From IMG/VR virus record IMGVR_UViG_3300033145_003233, positions 186,001-250,000 of that record: a stretch of 64,000 nucleotides of DNA, one strand, 5' to 3'. The stretch's first letter is position 1. Every line of letters begins with the position of its first letter. The notes below the pieces were generated by a model, which was not told the DNA's origin, searched no databases, and worked only from the letters and a program-made list of their open reading frames with translations. Position numbers and translations under genes: made by a program. Shown in pieces: positions 41,236-51,076 of the stretch.

Positions 41236-41283
41236 CTTACACTCCTTAAATTATTCTACATCATTATCAATTATTAACCAATT

Positions 41284-41320
41284 ATACTATGGCTGAGAAA
41301 AAACATTTGTCTGGAAAATT
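41284..41320 (-). promoter_or_regulatory. Box promoter TTTTCCAGACA-N18-TAGTAT
   Basis: CAGACA at 41313-41308. Confidence 0.7.
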
Positions 41321-41372
41321 AATTATTCCCAAAATACTACACCAACAAATCTACATTTATACTCTAAAAATC

Positions 41373-41963
41373 CTACCCTGCTACTTTAACAATATCGGTA
41401 TTATACTTGTCAAATAGAATTAAGGCTTCTTTATAATTTTCATAATAAGCCATTTCTTGAGGAGTATGACCGTTATTGTCTCTTTGGTCTCTGTATTCTT
41501 TTACTTTGATAAATCTCTTAACCAAACGGAGATTTCTCATTGCTATAGCTTCGTGGAGAGGAGTCCTGCCATATCGAGTAGAGAGTTTTTCTTTTCTTGC
41601 TTCTACTTCTTCTGGGGTATCAGGCTCTACAATACCTTTGTCTATTAGTTCTTGCTGTTTACGTTGAAGCCTTTCTTCAACCTCTATGAGGTACTGATTT
41701 CTCTTTCTCCCTTTGATCTCCGGATGTTGCTCATAATTCTTTTGATGGTGTAACGAAAGAATCTCTTTTATTTTTACAGATGGTTCTTTACTGCTGAAAA
41801 TTATATCCGCTTCCTGCTCTAACAAACTTCCATCATCCTCGTATTCTACTTCATCAAATATCCCCGCTCCCTCCAAATCTTCCATAATTTTATTAAGGTG
41901 TTCTCTTTTTATGTCGTTCCTTAATAAGATATGTAGCATCCTATTTTTTTCCCGTACAGACAT
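41373..41963 (-). CDS. Ankyrin-repeat protein
   Basis: YGRTPLHEA...LVKRFI...RDNNGHTPQEMA. Confidence 0.8.
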   Translation of the reverse strand: MSVREKNRMLHILLRNDIKREHLNKIMEDLEGAGIFDEVEYEDDGSLLEQEADIIFSSKEPSVKIKEILSLHHQKNYEQHPEIKGRKRNQYLIEVEERLQRKQQELIDKGIVEPDTPEEVEARKEKLSTRYGRTPLHEAIAMRNLRLVKRFIKVKEYRDQRDNNGHTPQEMAYYENYKEALILFDKYNTDIVKVAG

Positions 41964-42021
41964 ACCAATTCTCCTATTAATAGGTCATTTATTAAATTCT
42001 TCAAAGAACCGTTATAACAAG

Positions 42022-42055
42022 ATAAGGGTAATGGGAATAATCCCATCACCCTTAT
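42022..42055 (-). terminator. 15-bp hairpin after the Ro60 gene (terminator or processing site)
   Basis: ATAAGGGTGATGGGA-TTAT-TCCCATTACCCTTAT, one G-U pair. Confidence 0.65.
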
Positions 42056-42068
42056 TGAAAATATTAAC

Positions 42069-43823
42069 TTACAATTTTCCCGCAGCGAACTCAGAAAGAA
42101 TACGAGGCACATTAGAATCTAGCCCTGCTATGTCCATCATTCCTGCATCACTAGGATCAGCAATAGTGAACTTATTTGCTGCAAAAGCCATAACAACAAG
42201 TTTCGCATTCTTGTTAAACTTCTTTCTGTATCTCTTCAATGCCTCAAACGGATGCGCATATCCAGTATTTGTCTCATTATCTGTTAAAACAACAAACACA
42301 TCGACATCCATTTCGTTATCCATGGCATATTGCATAGGCAAAGAACAATCCGTACTACTAAACGGAAGATTAGAAGTCCTTCTGATAACAGTATCAAGAC
42401 TATCTTTCGCTGTGATATTCAACGGAACGAAAGTACGTGAGAAACCCATCATCGCATAATTCTTTTCCGTCCTAGCAATAGTCATAGCCACAACTGATGC
42501 TGCTTCACGAGGAACTATTCCGCTTGGATGATCAAAAGAACCCCAACCACTAGAAGCCATTGAAGCACTAACATCAATTCCTAACAAGAATTTCTTTCCT
42601 GTTGGTTCAACATAGTTGAACGCCTTATAAAAAGCCTCTTCCAAAGCATCTTTAATAGCAGACACAGGACTCCATGAAGTTCTCATACCACTACCCTTGC
42701 TATAAGTCTTAAGGGCCAACATAATCGTCATTGGATGGAGACGACTCTTCTTCAATGCTTCCTCATTTGTAATCTTACCAATAGCCAATGAAGTCTCATC
42801 ACTCAATGACTTCAAAAGTCCTGAAGAAGTCATTTGACCCAAGTTACGAATTAAAGCACCTATAGGCATCTTAGGAAGCAATGCTTTTTGTACCTTTTTT
42901 TCATTCCTGAATTGAGGAGGAATAGACTCTCTTGTTAGACCATAAGCTGTAACCAACTTCACCACTTCATTAATGTCAGTTGAGTTCATACTTTGCTCAT
43001 GTGCCCAAATATACTTCAGAGTTCCATCTTTCAATGCCTCTAGTTCAGAAACTAAAAGACCAGGACTTTCTTGAGTTTTTCCAGAAGCCTCAGAATCTTT
43101 TGCTCTCTTTACAAGAACCTCTTCGCTTGTTACTCCATGTGTCGCATAATGGAAAATAGTAGCATGCTCATCAGAAGGAGTAGTCAATGCCCTACCATTT
43201 CTAGCAGGCTTTCCATCAGCAGTAGGGCGAGAGATTCTGCACATACGAAGCAGATCCCCATGAGTCAACCTTTGCCCACCAACTGAACGACCAGGGTACT
43301 TGCAAATTTGATATGCTAATTTAACAGCATCTTTTTCAGTGTACCATCTTCCCATTGCTCTAAGCATACCCTTAGCCTTATGCCCTTCTTTCAATGAAAG
43401 AACAGCAAGCACCCACTCAAAAAGAGCAGTTGAAAAACGAGCAACCTTAGGCATCATCTTATTAGCGTATGCTCTTGTCTTGTCGTCTCCGTGAACACTG
43501 CAAACTGCCAATGCAAAAATAGCAGGAGCATTCTTAACAGCACGACCTTCATCGCTAATTTGAACGATAGTATCTACCGTACGCTTACTATCTAATTTCA
43601 GACAACGCAAAATGACATCATAGTTTTCCATAGTCAGTTCGCGAGCTGAAGCATAATAAGTGCCATTCTCATTCCCTATAATTAAGAAACGATTTAGCCT
43701 CGTCCAGTCATCAGCCGTAAACACAAAACCACCTGAACGGTTTTCGACTTGCGTACTCTTAGCTCTTTTTCTTTGGTTAGTTTGAGGGTTTGCTACAATA
43801 TTAGCATAATTTTTCTCAGCCAT
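42069..43823 (-). CDS. rsr: Ro60/Rsr TROVE-domain RNA-binding protein (TROVE plus vWA)
   Basis: GGFVF..DDW.RL.RFLIIG...GTYY; LLGIDVSASM (MIDAS); TDCSLPM; FVVLTDNET; DPSDAGMMDIAGLD. Confidence 0.95.
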   Translation of the reverse strand: MAEKNYANIVANPQTNQRKRAKSTQVENRSGGFVFTADDWTRLNRFLIIGNENGTYYASARELTMENYDVILRCLKLDSKRTVDTIVQISDEGRAVKNAPAIFALAVCSVHGDDKTRAYANKMMPKVARFSTALFEWVLAVLSLKEGHKAKGMLRAMGRWYTEKDAVKLAYQICKYPGRSVGGQRLTHGDLLRMCRISRPTADGKPARNGRALTTPSDEHATIFHYATHGVTSEEVLVKRAKDSEASGKTQESPGLLVSELEALKDGTLKYIWAHEQSMNSTDINEVVKLVTAYGLTRESIPPQFRNEKKVQKALLPKMPIGALIRNLGQMTSSGLLKSLSDETSLAIGKITNEEALKKSRLHPMTIMLALKTYSKGSGMRTSWSPVSAIKDALEEAFYKAFNYVEPTGKKFLLGIDVSASMASSGWGSFDHPSGIVPREAASVVAMTIARTEKNYAMMGFSRTFVPLNITAKDSLDTVIRRTSNLPFSSTDCSLPMQYAMDNEMDVDVFVVLTDNETNTGYAHPFEALKRYRKKFNKNAKLVVMAFAANKFTIADPSDAGMMDIAGLDSNVPRILSEFAAGKL

Positions 43824-43887
43824 TTCTTTCTCCTTTTTCTTATCAACCTAATTTAATTTTAGATATATCGATATCAACACATTAGCA

Positions 43888-43915
43888 ATTATACAATTTT
43901 CTACTTTTTTGTCAA
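43888..43915 (-). promoter_or_regulatory. sigma70 promoter of the Ro60 gene, overlapped by an inverted repeat (43898-43922)
   Basis: TTGACA-16-TATAAT; TTTCTACTT-N7-AAGTAGAAA. Confidence 0.75.
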
Positions 43916-44069
43916 GTAGAAAGTTCATTTTATTTTGAAAAAACTTAAAAAATCCTCTATTTTCTTCATAATTTTTTATAACCCCCTATCAAATAAGGAG
44001 TTAAGAAATCAACTTTTTTTACACTATTTTCATATATCGGCTAAAAAACTTTAAAACTTTAATCTTTTT

Positions 44070-45719
44070 TTACTCTCTTTTTCCAAATCCGAAAGCAGAA
44101 CTAGTTTCTCCAACTCCGAATTTCTCCATAGTTTCTATGATCTCATCGGCCCATTTAATATCAATTCTTTTGACTTTTCTTCGACTACTGATATGCTTAA
44201 GATTCAAGCTATTAATAAATTCCTGAGCCTCAGCCCCTGTCCATCCATCAGTTTTAGAAACAATATGATCCAATGTCTTTTTATTTGTTTTCCATTGTTT
44301 TAATCTGTCTTTAAACATCCTTTGCCTAAGTTCTTCACAAAGAGCAGGCACTTCCACTACTCTATCAAAACGACCTGGCCTGTTCTTCAAGGCACTCTCA
44401 ATAATTCTTAATCTATTAGTCGTCCCTATGGTAACAGAATTTTTAATAGAATTCACTCCATCAAGAATATTCATCAATGCACCGAGAGAAATCACATCTC
44501 CACCCTTCTCTCTATCTTGACTAAACAAGTCTAAATCCTCTAAGATTATGATACAAGGAGACAAGAAATCTGCTAGCTTATATAAGGCCTTAATAGAAGT
44601 TATAGCTTTATAATTATTCTCTGCTAATATCTCAGGAGTAATCCATATAACAGTATAATCAGGAACTAGATTACAAATGATATTACCTATAGTGGTCTTA
44701 CCAGTCCCTGCTCTCCCGTGTAAAATTATTCCTCTTTTAGTTATTCCGCAAGCATTGTATTTTTTAACATTTTTAACAAAACCAAAAATCTCTAAATCAA
44801 AGAGATCTTTAATACTCTCTGGATAATAATAATTGTCCCATGTATATGAATCTTTGATCTCTACCTCTGAGAAAGATGCTGATATCATATTAACATCTTT
44901 TAATTTTGCTCCTCTTAGACAATTATGTTTTTTAGCAAACTCTTGCAAATCATTAATAATATTTTTTGAGCAACCCGTATCAGTACTAAAACATGTTATA
45001 GAAGCTCCTCCTCGTTCCCCATCAAAATACAAGAAAAAAGCTACATTTTCTTGTTTCTTCCCCTTCACCTTTTCAAAATATAAAAATCCCGTAGTGGTAA
45101 ATGTGGTTTCTTTACCTTTAACACTCCATGGATTCTTTTCTGGAGGAATAGAATTACCATGATCATCAAAATTCAATTCTCCTGCAAAGCTAAAACCCTC
45201 TTCCTCCATAAATTTAACCATACACTCCATTAAAATCAAAGTGATAAGAGGATGTGCTTGATAGGGATGATTTTTAATATCATTAACACTTGTAACTCCT
45301 AGAAATCTACAAAGAATTCTATAATCAATAGAACGAATAAAATCTATTTTAATCTGATCTGCAAATTTAACCGCTACTAACTCTTTATATCTTTGTTCTG
45401 CTATATCCTCTGCTATAGATTGAAGAGGACGTGGAACACCTCCACTTATAGTCGCTGTTTGAGTCTCAAACATGCGATCATCGCACGGAACAGGCATACA
45501 TTCATCACCATCATCATCAAAATTTAACTCTTCAATTACTTGTTTTACTATTTCTGTTGAAGTTGAAGCACGATGTACCGGGCTTTTTACAATAGATTGA
45601 TCTTTAATCATACGAGTATTACCTTCCATTAATATAAGTTTTTCATAATCTTCCTCCCGGATATCAAAAAATCTACACCAGAATGCTTTTAATTCTCTTT
45701 GTACCTTATTTCTTTTCAC
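44070..45719 (-). CDS. Classical-clade AAA+ ATPase with a long N-terminal domain
   Basis: GRAGTGKT (Walker A), IIILEDLD (Walker B), TTNR...ALKNRPGRFDR (SRH). Confidence 0.92.
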   Translation of the reverse strand: MKRNKVQRELKAFWCRFFDIREEDYEKLILMEGNTRMIKDQSIVKSPVHRASTSTEIVKQVIEELNFDDDGDECMPVPCDDRMFETQTATISGGVPRPLQSIAEDIAEQRYKELVAVKFADQIKIDFIRSIDYRILCRFLGVTSVNDIKNHPYQAHPLITLILMECMVKFMEEEGFSFAGELNFDDHGNSIPPEKNPWSVKGKETTFTTTGFLYFEKVKGKKQENVAFFLYFDGERGGASITCFSTDTGCSKNIINDLQEFAKKHNCLRGAKLKDVNMISASFSEVEIKDSYTWDNYYYPESIKDLFDLEIFGFVKNVKKYNACGITKRGIILHGRAGTGKTTIGNIICNLVPDYTVIWITPEILAENNYKAITSIKALYKLADFLSPCIIILEDLDLFSQDREKGGDVISLGALMNILDGVNSIKNSVTIGTTNRLRIIESALKNRPGRFDRVVEVPALCEELRQRMFKDRLKQWKTNKKTLDHIVSKTDGWTGAEAQEFINSLNLKHISSRRKVKRIDIKWADEIIETMEKFGVGETSSAFGFGKRE

Positions 45720-45737
45720 TTTTCAACTATAAAAATT

Positions 45738-46724
45738 TTAATAATCACTAGTAGCGGTTAAGTGAAAAGCTCCTTCACAATCTTTCCTTCTTAACCACAA
45801 GTAAGTATCTACATCACACATACTACAACCTGCTAATTCAGCTATTTCCTTACAAACCATAATAGAAGTCGCTCTTATCTCACATTCTTCCAATGACCCG
45901 CGAGGAATCAATTCGTTATTAGATATTTTTGCTTGGAGAAGAGGAGAGTAATAGAGACAACCCAAGTGGGATAGCATTTTCGGTATTTGGTAATCAGCGG
46001 GGACAGGGACTTTTTCTATTTCATCTTTAAACCATTGAACTCTTCTATATAGCATCATAACTAATAGAAATATCCTTTTAAGAAACATATCTTCTCCATA
46101 ACCAGGATAGGTTGTAATAATAAGTTGGATAAATTTTTCTACGCCTATTTTCCCCGACTTTATTTTATCCACTACTGTTTCCGAAGTTTCTTCTATTCTC
46201 CAAGAATGTCTAAGAGATTTATAACCATAGCAACCCATTCCCGCTGCTATTTCTCGAAGATGTCTAATTCTATCAGTTAAATTGGGGAATCTATACAAAG
46301 TCAACTTGCTTACAAAATTACCAATTACATCTTGGCAAAGATTAGGAAGACGATCATGCCCAAATATTTCGGATCTTTCTTCTGCAAAAGCTTGATCCAG
46401 CAATTCATACATCAATGTTGCCCCAGCATTATTGGGCCTACAATCATGAACACCATACCAATATTGATAGTTAATAGAGCCAGCTATCAACTCATAAAGA
46501 AACAACTCTTGATCTAAGCGATTCTCCTTGGGGGGAGTTTCTCTATCAGAAGAAATAAGACACTTTGGATATCCAAGCCAAAAATCCTTACCGTCCTTTA
46601 ATCCTTCTTTAATTAAAGCTGCTGTTTCTGTTATCCCTTTACAAGTCATCCAAACATGAGAAGGATTCTTTGTAAATTTCTCAGAAAGTTCCATTACTCC
46701 ACTAATTAATTTATTCTTCATCAC
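45738..46724 (-). CDS. Queuosine salvage protein (DUF2419 / QNG1-like Q-5'-phosphate N-glycosylase)
   Basis: PADYQIPKML..LG.L.YS..L...I....GS.EECEIRA.SI; D..LW; FHLT.T..Y C-terminus. Confidence 0.85.
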   Translation of the reverse strand: MMKNKLISGVMELSEKFTKNPSHVWMTCKGITETAALIKEGLKDGKDFWLGYPKCLISSDRETPPKENRLDQELFLYELIAGSINYQYWYGVHDCRPNNAGATLMYELLDQAFAEERSEIFGHDRLPNLCQDVIGNFVSKLTLYRFPNLTDRIRHLREIAAGMGCYGYKSLRHSWRIEETSETVVDKIKSGKIGVEKFIQLIITTYPGYGEDMFLKRIFLLVMMLYRRVQWFKDEIEKVPVPADYQIPKMLSHLGCLYYSPLLQAKISNNELIPRGSLEECEIRATSIMVCKEIAELAGCSMCDVDTYLWLRRKDCEGAFHLTATSDY

Positions 46725-47079
46725 CTTTCTCCTTAATTTTTATTCCGCATTCTTTACATTGATCCCATAAAAGGCTCATCCCAAAAGCCATTTCAGGAGA
46801 GGGAATTAATTCCACCACTTCTTGTTTCCCTGTTTTTTGATTTATTTTTACCCTTGCAATAATAACAGAATCATCACTATTACTATCGAAATCTCCCCAC
46901 CCAAGATAACTACAATACCCATCTGCTTGTTTAGGCCAGTCTTCTCTTACGCTCCAATAAGGACAAGGACGATATTCTTCATCATTAGGTGCTCTACTCC
47001 CAAAATAACAATATTGCCCAGACGGTATCTTAGGATAAGCTTTAAGAAACTTTATAAATTTACGTAGTTGTTTTAGCAG
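46711..47079 (-). CDS. Unlisted 122-aa Cys-rich phage protein (CTG start)
   Basis: Manual translation: LKQLRKF...IPSGQYCY...CPYWS...GYCSYL...LLWDQCKECGI; AAGGAAG upstream; fills the intergenic gap. Confidence 0.7.
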   Translation of the reverse strand: MLKQLRKFIKFLKAYPKIPSGQYCYFGSRAPNDEEYRPCPYWSVREDWPKQADGYCSYLGWGDFDSNSDDSVIIARVKINQKTGKQEVVELIPSPEMAFGMSLLWDQCKECGIKIKEKGDEE

Positions 47080-47957
47080 TCTCTTCTTCCTTTATTTGTT
47101 TCATGGCCATCTTAAGACCTATAAGATGGGAATTACATCTTATATCTATTTTCTCTCCTACGCTACCGGCCCACTCATAATAATAATTTCCAAGAATCTT
47201 ATTACCATGCTGTCTACACCAAACCAACCATTCTTCCTTATGGCATACGGCATATTCACCACTCTCATCTTGAAATTCTTCCCATTTCTTATCAGCATAA
47301 TCTTCTATACATCTACAAGTATCTGTTTCGGGTGGGCACGTACACTTAAAACAATCATCTGCACTAGCAGCTTCTGAAAGATGTTCTTTCACATATTGAA
47401 GAGCTTCATCCGGATCCCACATCGTATAACCTCTACCATGTTCAGAAGCTTCGCACTTCGAAGCGAAATAATCAAGACTGAATTTACTAGAAATCGATCT
47501 TAAAGAAATCTCTCCTGACCACCTATAAACTGCCGAACCCAAATCTCCTGTAACAAAAAGGGTATTATATATTCGGGCATAAGCTACTTTATATACTCCT
47601 GTTCCAGGTTTGGCCCAGACTAACATTTCCATAGAAGGCCCATTATCCGAATAGGAAAAATATTGTGCCTCATGATCTTTAAACCACCCCTCAATTTGTT
47701 TGTTCTCTTCTTCTCTTTTCATTTTTCTTCCTTTCTGCTGTTTTTCTACTATTGATTTTCTACCCATATGTATCTACTAAAGCATTCAAAGAAGGAAGGC
47801 AGGTTGGGCAAATATCCCAATAACTACCATTCGGTACTTTCATATATTTCCAAGAATTATCTTTGGCAAATTTTCTTACTTCTCTAATGCTTTCTCCTGC
47901 CTCCTTATACTCTCTAGTGCAGTTAGTACAATATAAATAGTAAAGAGCATGCACCAT
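47060..47957 (-). CDS. Two hypothetical ORFs (47060-47767, 47760-47957)
   Basis: ORF track; LFVTGDLG..VY.W in the first. Confidence 0.65.
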
Positions 47958-47958
47958 T

Positions 47959-48255
47959 TTAAGCTATAATCTCTTTAGTAGGAGTAACTATCCCACTTCC
48001 AAATTTACTACTATACTCGTTGATCATCTCGGCTGTTGGTTTAACCTTAGCCATGATAAAATTATTTTTAATAGATACTTTCTTATCATTAGAATAAGGA
48101 AGCCATACCATAAGAGCCATGCCTATGCCATGTTCTTCTGCGGGGAACAAAACAATCTTGGCAGGATTTTCAACGATGATATCATCTTTTGACCCGTACT
48201 CTATCTCTCCAATAATATCTTCTCCACTTGTTAATTTTAAAATTTTAATACTCAT
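47959..48255 (-). CDS. Phage Sm-like domain protein
   Basis: IKILKLTSGEDII.E...ENP...W.PYS....I....P...M.NEY...FGSGIV, typical of the T4-like phage Sm-like family. Confidence 0.65.
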   Translation of the reverse strand: MSIKILKLTSGEDIIGEIEYGSKDDIIVENPAKIVLFPAEEHGIGMALMVWLPYSNDKKVSIKNNFIMAKVKPTAEMINEYSSKFGSGIVTPTKEIIA

Positions 48256-48307
48256 TAGTACCCTTTCTATTTATTTCCAAATACAATATTTTCCTGTTGT
48301 GAGCATC

Positions 48308-49252
48308 TTACAAAAGATAATAAGCCGAAGATTTTAGATCTTCTATCTTATTCCCACCAATGTAGGAAATAGCACTTTGCAAATCCTCTTTTAATTCTCC
48401 CATTAACCTCTCCATATTCCCCCTAAATTTAATCAAAATTTTCTTTCCCTCTATATTGTTGTATTCTTGTTTGTTATATTTAGAAGCACTACCATAATAT
48501 TCCTTGTACATATTATCTTCTATTTCAATTATATTCCCAGCGGATTGCTCATATCCTGCGAATAAAGATCCAGCCATAACCATATCTGCACCGCAAGCAA
48601 GGGCTTTTGCTATATCCCCATGTTCAACCACCCCTCCATCAGCTATAATAATAACTTTCTCTCTAGCCCTTACACAATCTAATATTGTACTGACCATTGG
48701 ACGATGCACACCTGTTTTATTCTTTGTAATACAAACGCTTCCTCCAGCAATCCCGCATTTAATAGCATCTACACCCCACCCCTCAATCTCTTTCACAGCA
48801 TCTCCTGTAGCCACATTACCAATAATTAAGAAAGTTTCCGGAAAGTTGTCTTTAATAAAAGTTGTCATCTGTCTAGCTTCATCTGACCACGCATTGGCAA
48901 CATCTATAGTAATATAATCAGGTATTTGGTTGTCTTTTAATAGCCCTTCTAATTGATTTTTAGATCCCCAACTAATACCTACACTTACAGAAGTTAAATA
49001 TTCATGCTGTTTCATAGTAGTTATAAAAAATCCATAATTTACATCGAAACGATGCATTGTATAAAACCAGTTGTGTTTAGCAAAAAATTGACAAGTTTTC
49101 ATATCTACAACGCTCTTCATATTAGCAGGATATATAGGCATATTAAAAATATGCTTACCAAGTTGAACAGAAGTATCTATATGACCACGACTACTCACGA
49201 TGCATTTCTTGGGTATTAATGATATATCAGAATAACTTAATTGTTTTTCCAT
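48308..49252 (-). CDS. guaC: GMP reductase
   Basis: PANM, ITIDVAN, GNVAT, KCGIAGGSVCIT, IADGG...GDIAKA, YYGSAS, EGKK. Confidence 0.92.
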   Translation of the reverse strand: MEKQLSYSDISLIPKKCIVSSRGHIDTSVQLGKHIFNMPIYPANMKSVVDMKTCQFFAKHNWFYTMHRFDVNYGFFITTMKQHEYLTSVSVGISWGSKNQLEGLLKDNQIPDYITIDVANAWSDEARQMTTFIKDNFPETFLIIGNVATGDAVKEIEGWGVDAIKCGIAGGSVCITKNKTGVHRPMVSTILDCVRAREKVIIIADGGVVEHGDIAKALACGADMVMAGSLFAGYEQSAGNIIEIEDNMYKEYYGSASKYNKQEYNNIEGKKILIKFRGNMERLMGELKEDLQSAISYIGGNKIEDLKSSAYYLL

Positions 49253-49920
49253 GCTATTTTCTTACAAAGTTTAATAAAATATTCTTGTTCGAATTTCTGC
49301 TTCATATAATTAACATCCTTATGGACCCATTGAACATTACCATTTATATACCCCCTTGTATTATCTATCCTATCTAAAGAAGCCGTTGCCCGATGGCGAT
49401 TCGTGAGGGCGAGTTCTATCGATAAACCGGATAAAGCACATTTTTTATTCTGGCTTACAAATAAATTCCAGGCATATTTTATAGAGATTTTAAATTTATG
49501 AGATCTTTTAATAGCCCCCCGTTTTATCCCTCCCCACCACTTACCTGTTATCTCCTTATATCCTTTCCAATTTTTATAATTATTTCTATTAACTCTAATC
49601 CAACATCCACAGGATTTGGTATTACCGCTTTTTAATTCATGTGTAGAAAGAATTGTTTCATTGCCACAGGCACACTGGCACTCCCACATTCTTTGACCCT
49701 TATACTTGCCCTTAATTCCATCAAATCTTTTTATAACTATAAGCCTAGTAAAAGTCTGGCCTGCTAATGAATAATTTCTTTTAATTTTATATTTTTCTAA
49801 GTAATTTCTAACCGTACTTTTATGACATCCAATTTCTTTAGCGATCGAATTCATTGTTCTGTTATTTTTGATATATTCCCGTTTTAAATAAGATTGACTA
49901 ATATCATATTTAATCCCCAT
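49237..49920 (-). mobile_element. Free-standing HNH-type homing endonuclease
   Basis: GQTFTRL.V...WECQCACG...L.SG.TKSCGC; CALSG...SLDRIDN..GY..GNVQWV...N.MK. Confidence 0.75.
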
Positions 49921-49993
49921 TTTGATCTCCCCATATAAACAATTCGTATATATATAGTTCTATCAAACCTGCTTTAATCCTTTTTCTACATTC

Positions 49994-50218
49994 TTACGCC
50001 TTCACATCAATATGAGTGATTTCTTCCTTCTTCTCTATCTTCTCTATTAATTTTAATTCATGGATACTCTTCACAAGAAAATATTCCACCTCTCTCAAAG
50101 ATTGTCTTACAGTTGCCATATCTTCATGTCCCTCTAAAGCCTTTCTAATGGCTGTTGTGCTCTCTTTTTTATTCCCCAACTGTTGTAGTAAACTGTACTT
50201 TTGATTATCAGTTATCAT
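49994..50218 (-). CDS. Hypothetical protein
   Basis: ORF track. Confidence 0.55.
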   Translation of the reverse strand: MITDNQKYSLLQQLGNKKESTTAIRKALEGHEDMATVRQSLREVEYFLVKSIHELKLIEKIEKKEEITHIDVKA

Positions 50219-51075
50219 TCATACACTTCCCCGGTCCACACCATATACTCCCTTTCATCGACAGGGAGCTTAAAACTATAAAATAATTCTTTTAAACATT
50301 TTTCACATATATCAAAGAGATAGGCAGTACAATCAGAAAGAATGGGAGAATGATAAAAGCCTTTTGCCTGAGCACCTATAAGACCATAAAAACTTTCTGG
50401 TCCCTCATGCTCTATTGCCATAGAACATGATTCTCCGCACATATTGCACAAACATGTTTTATGTATTTCATGTGGTATTTTCTCCGCTATCTCATCGTCC
50501 CATTTAGACACTTTAGTTTTTAAAGTTGCTATATATGGCAAATCTCTTAATTCTCCATCTAGGTCTAAACCACCCCCAACTAAGAAATCTTTAGTTGTAA
50601 CCTTATGACCTACAAATAGTGGCTGCATCTTATAAGCATGCTCTATCTCCCTCTCTAGCATCACACAATATTCTATAGTTAATGGAGATAACTGTTCAAC
50701 AATGCCATGAAGTATATATAAGGTTTTACCCGTATCATAAATATCATCGATAATTAGAACATGCTTACCTGCAATTGTCTTTTTTATATAATCTGACAAT
50801 TCTACATCAACCACTCCAGTAGATTTTGTTCCTTCATAACTACTAGCTTTAACATGGTGAGTACTAGAATTAGCATGAAACTTTGGTGGTAATTTAATTT
50901 CTACATCTCTTGCGAAACGGATAGCTCCTTCTCTTATCACAAGAATCACCACTTGATCTCCCCCACCCTTCACATTTGGATAATGAGCAACTATTTCATT
51001 TGCAATAGTGGATGAGATTCTTGTTAGGTCATTACTATGAAGTATAACATCTTTAATAACATTTAGTCTTTGCAT
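50215..51075 (-). CDS. hpt: Hypoxanthine-guanine phosphoribosyltransferase fused to a C-terminal Cys-rich domain
   Basis: SSYEG..STG.V; VLIIDDIYDTGKTL (PRPP loop); FLVGGGLD....RDLPYI; then CNMCG...FDICEKC. Confidence 0.85.
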   Translation of the reverse strand: MQRLNVIKDVILHSNDLTRISSTIANEIVAHYPNVKGGGDQVVILVIREGAIRFARDVEIKLPPKFHANSSTHHVKASSYEGTKSTGVVDVELSDYIKKTIAGKHVLIIDDIYDTGKTLYILHGIVEQLSPLTIEYCVMLEREIEHAYKMQPLFVGHKVTTKDFLVGGGLDLDGELRDLPYIATLKTKVSKWDDEIAEKIPHEIHKTCLCNMCGESCSMAIEHEGPESFYGLIGAQAKGFYHSPILSDCTAYLFDICEKCLKELFYSFKLPVDEREYMVWTGEVYE

Positions 51076-51076
51076 T

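Noticed and set aside
43824-44069. Y RNA adjacent to rsr, including the hairpin at ~43977-44003
   Set aside because: The region is AT-rich with a promoter and one weak G-U-rich hairpin; no T-loop, D-loop or Ro-binding motif is seen.
44070-45719. FtsH protease, or the missing ATPase half of ClpC
   Set aside because: There are no TM helices or HEXXH protease domain, it has a single classical-clade AAA module unlike Clp D1/D2, and it lies 22 kb from the Clp-N gene.
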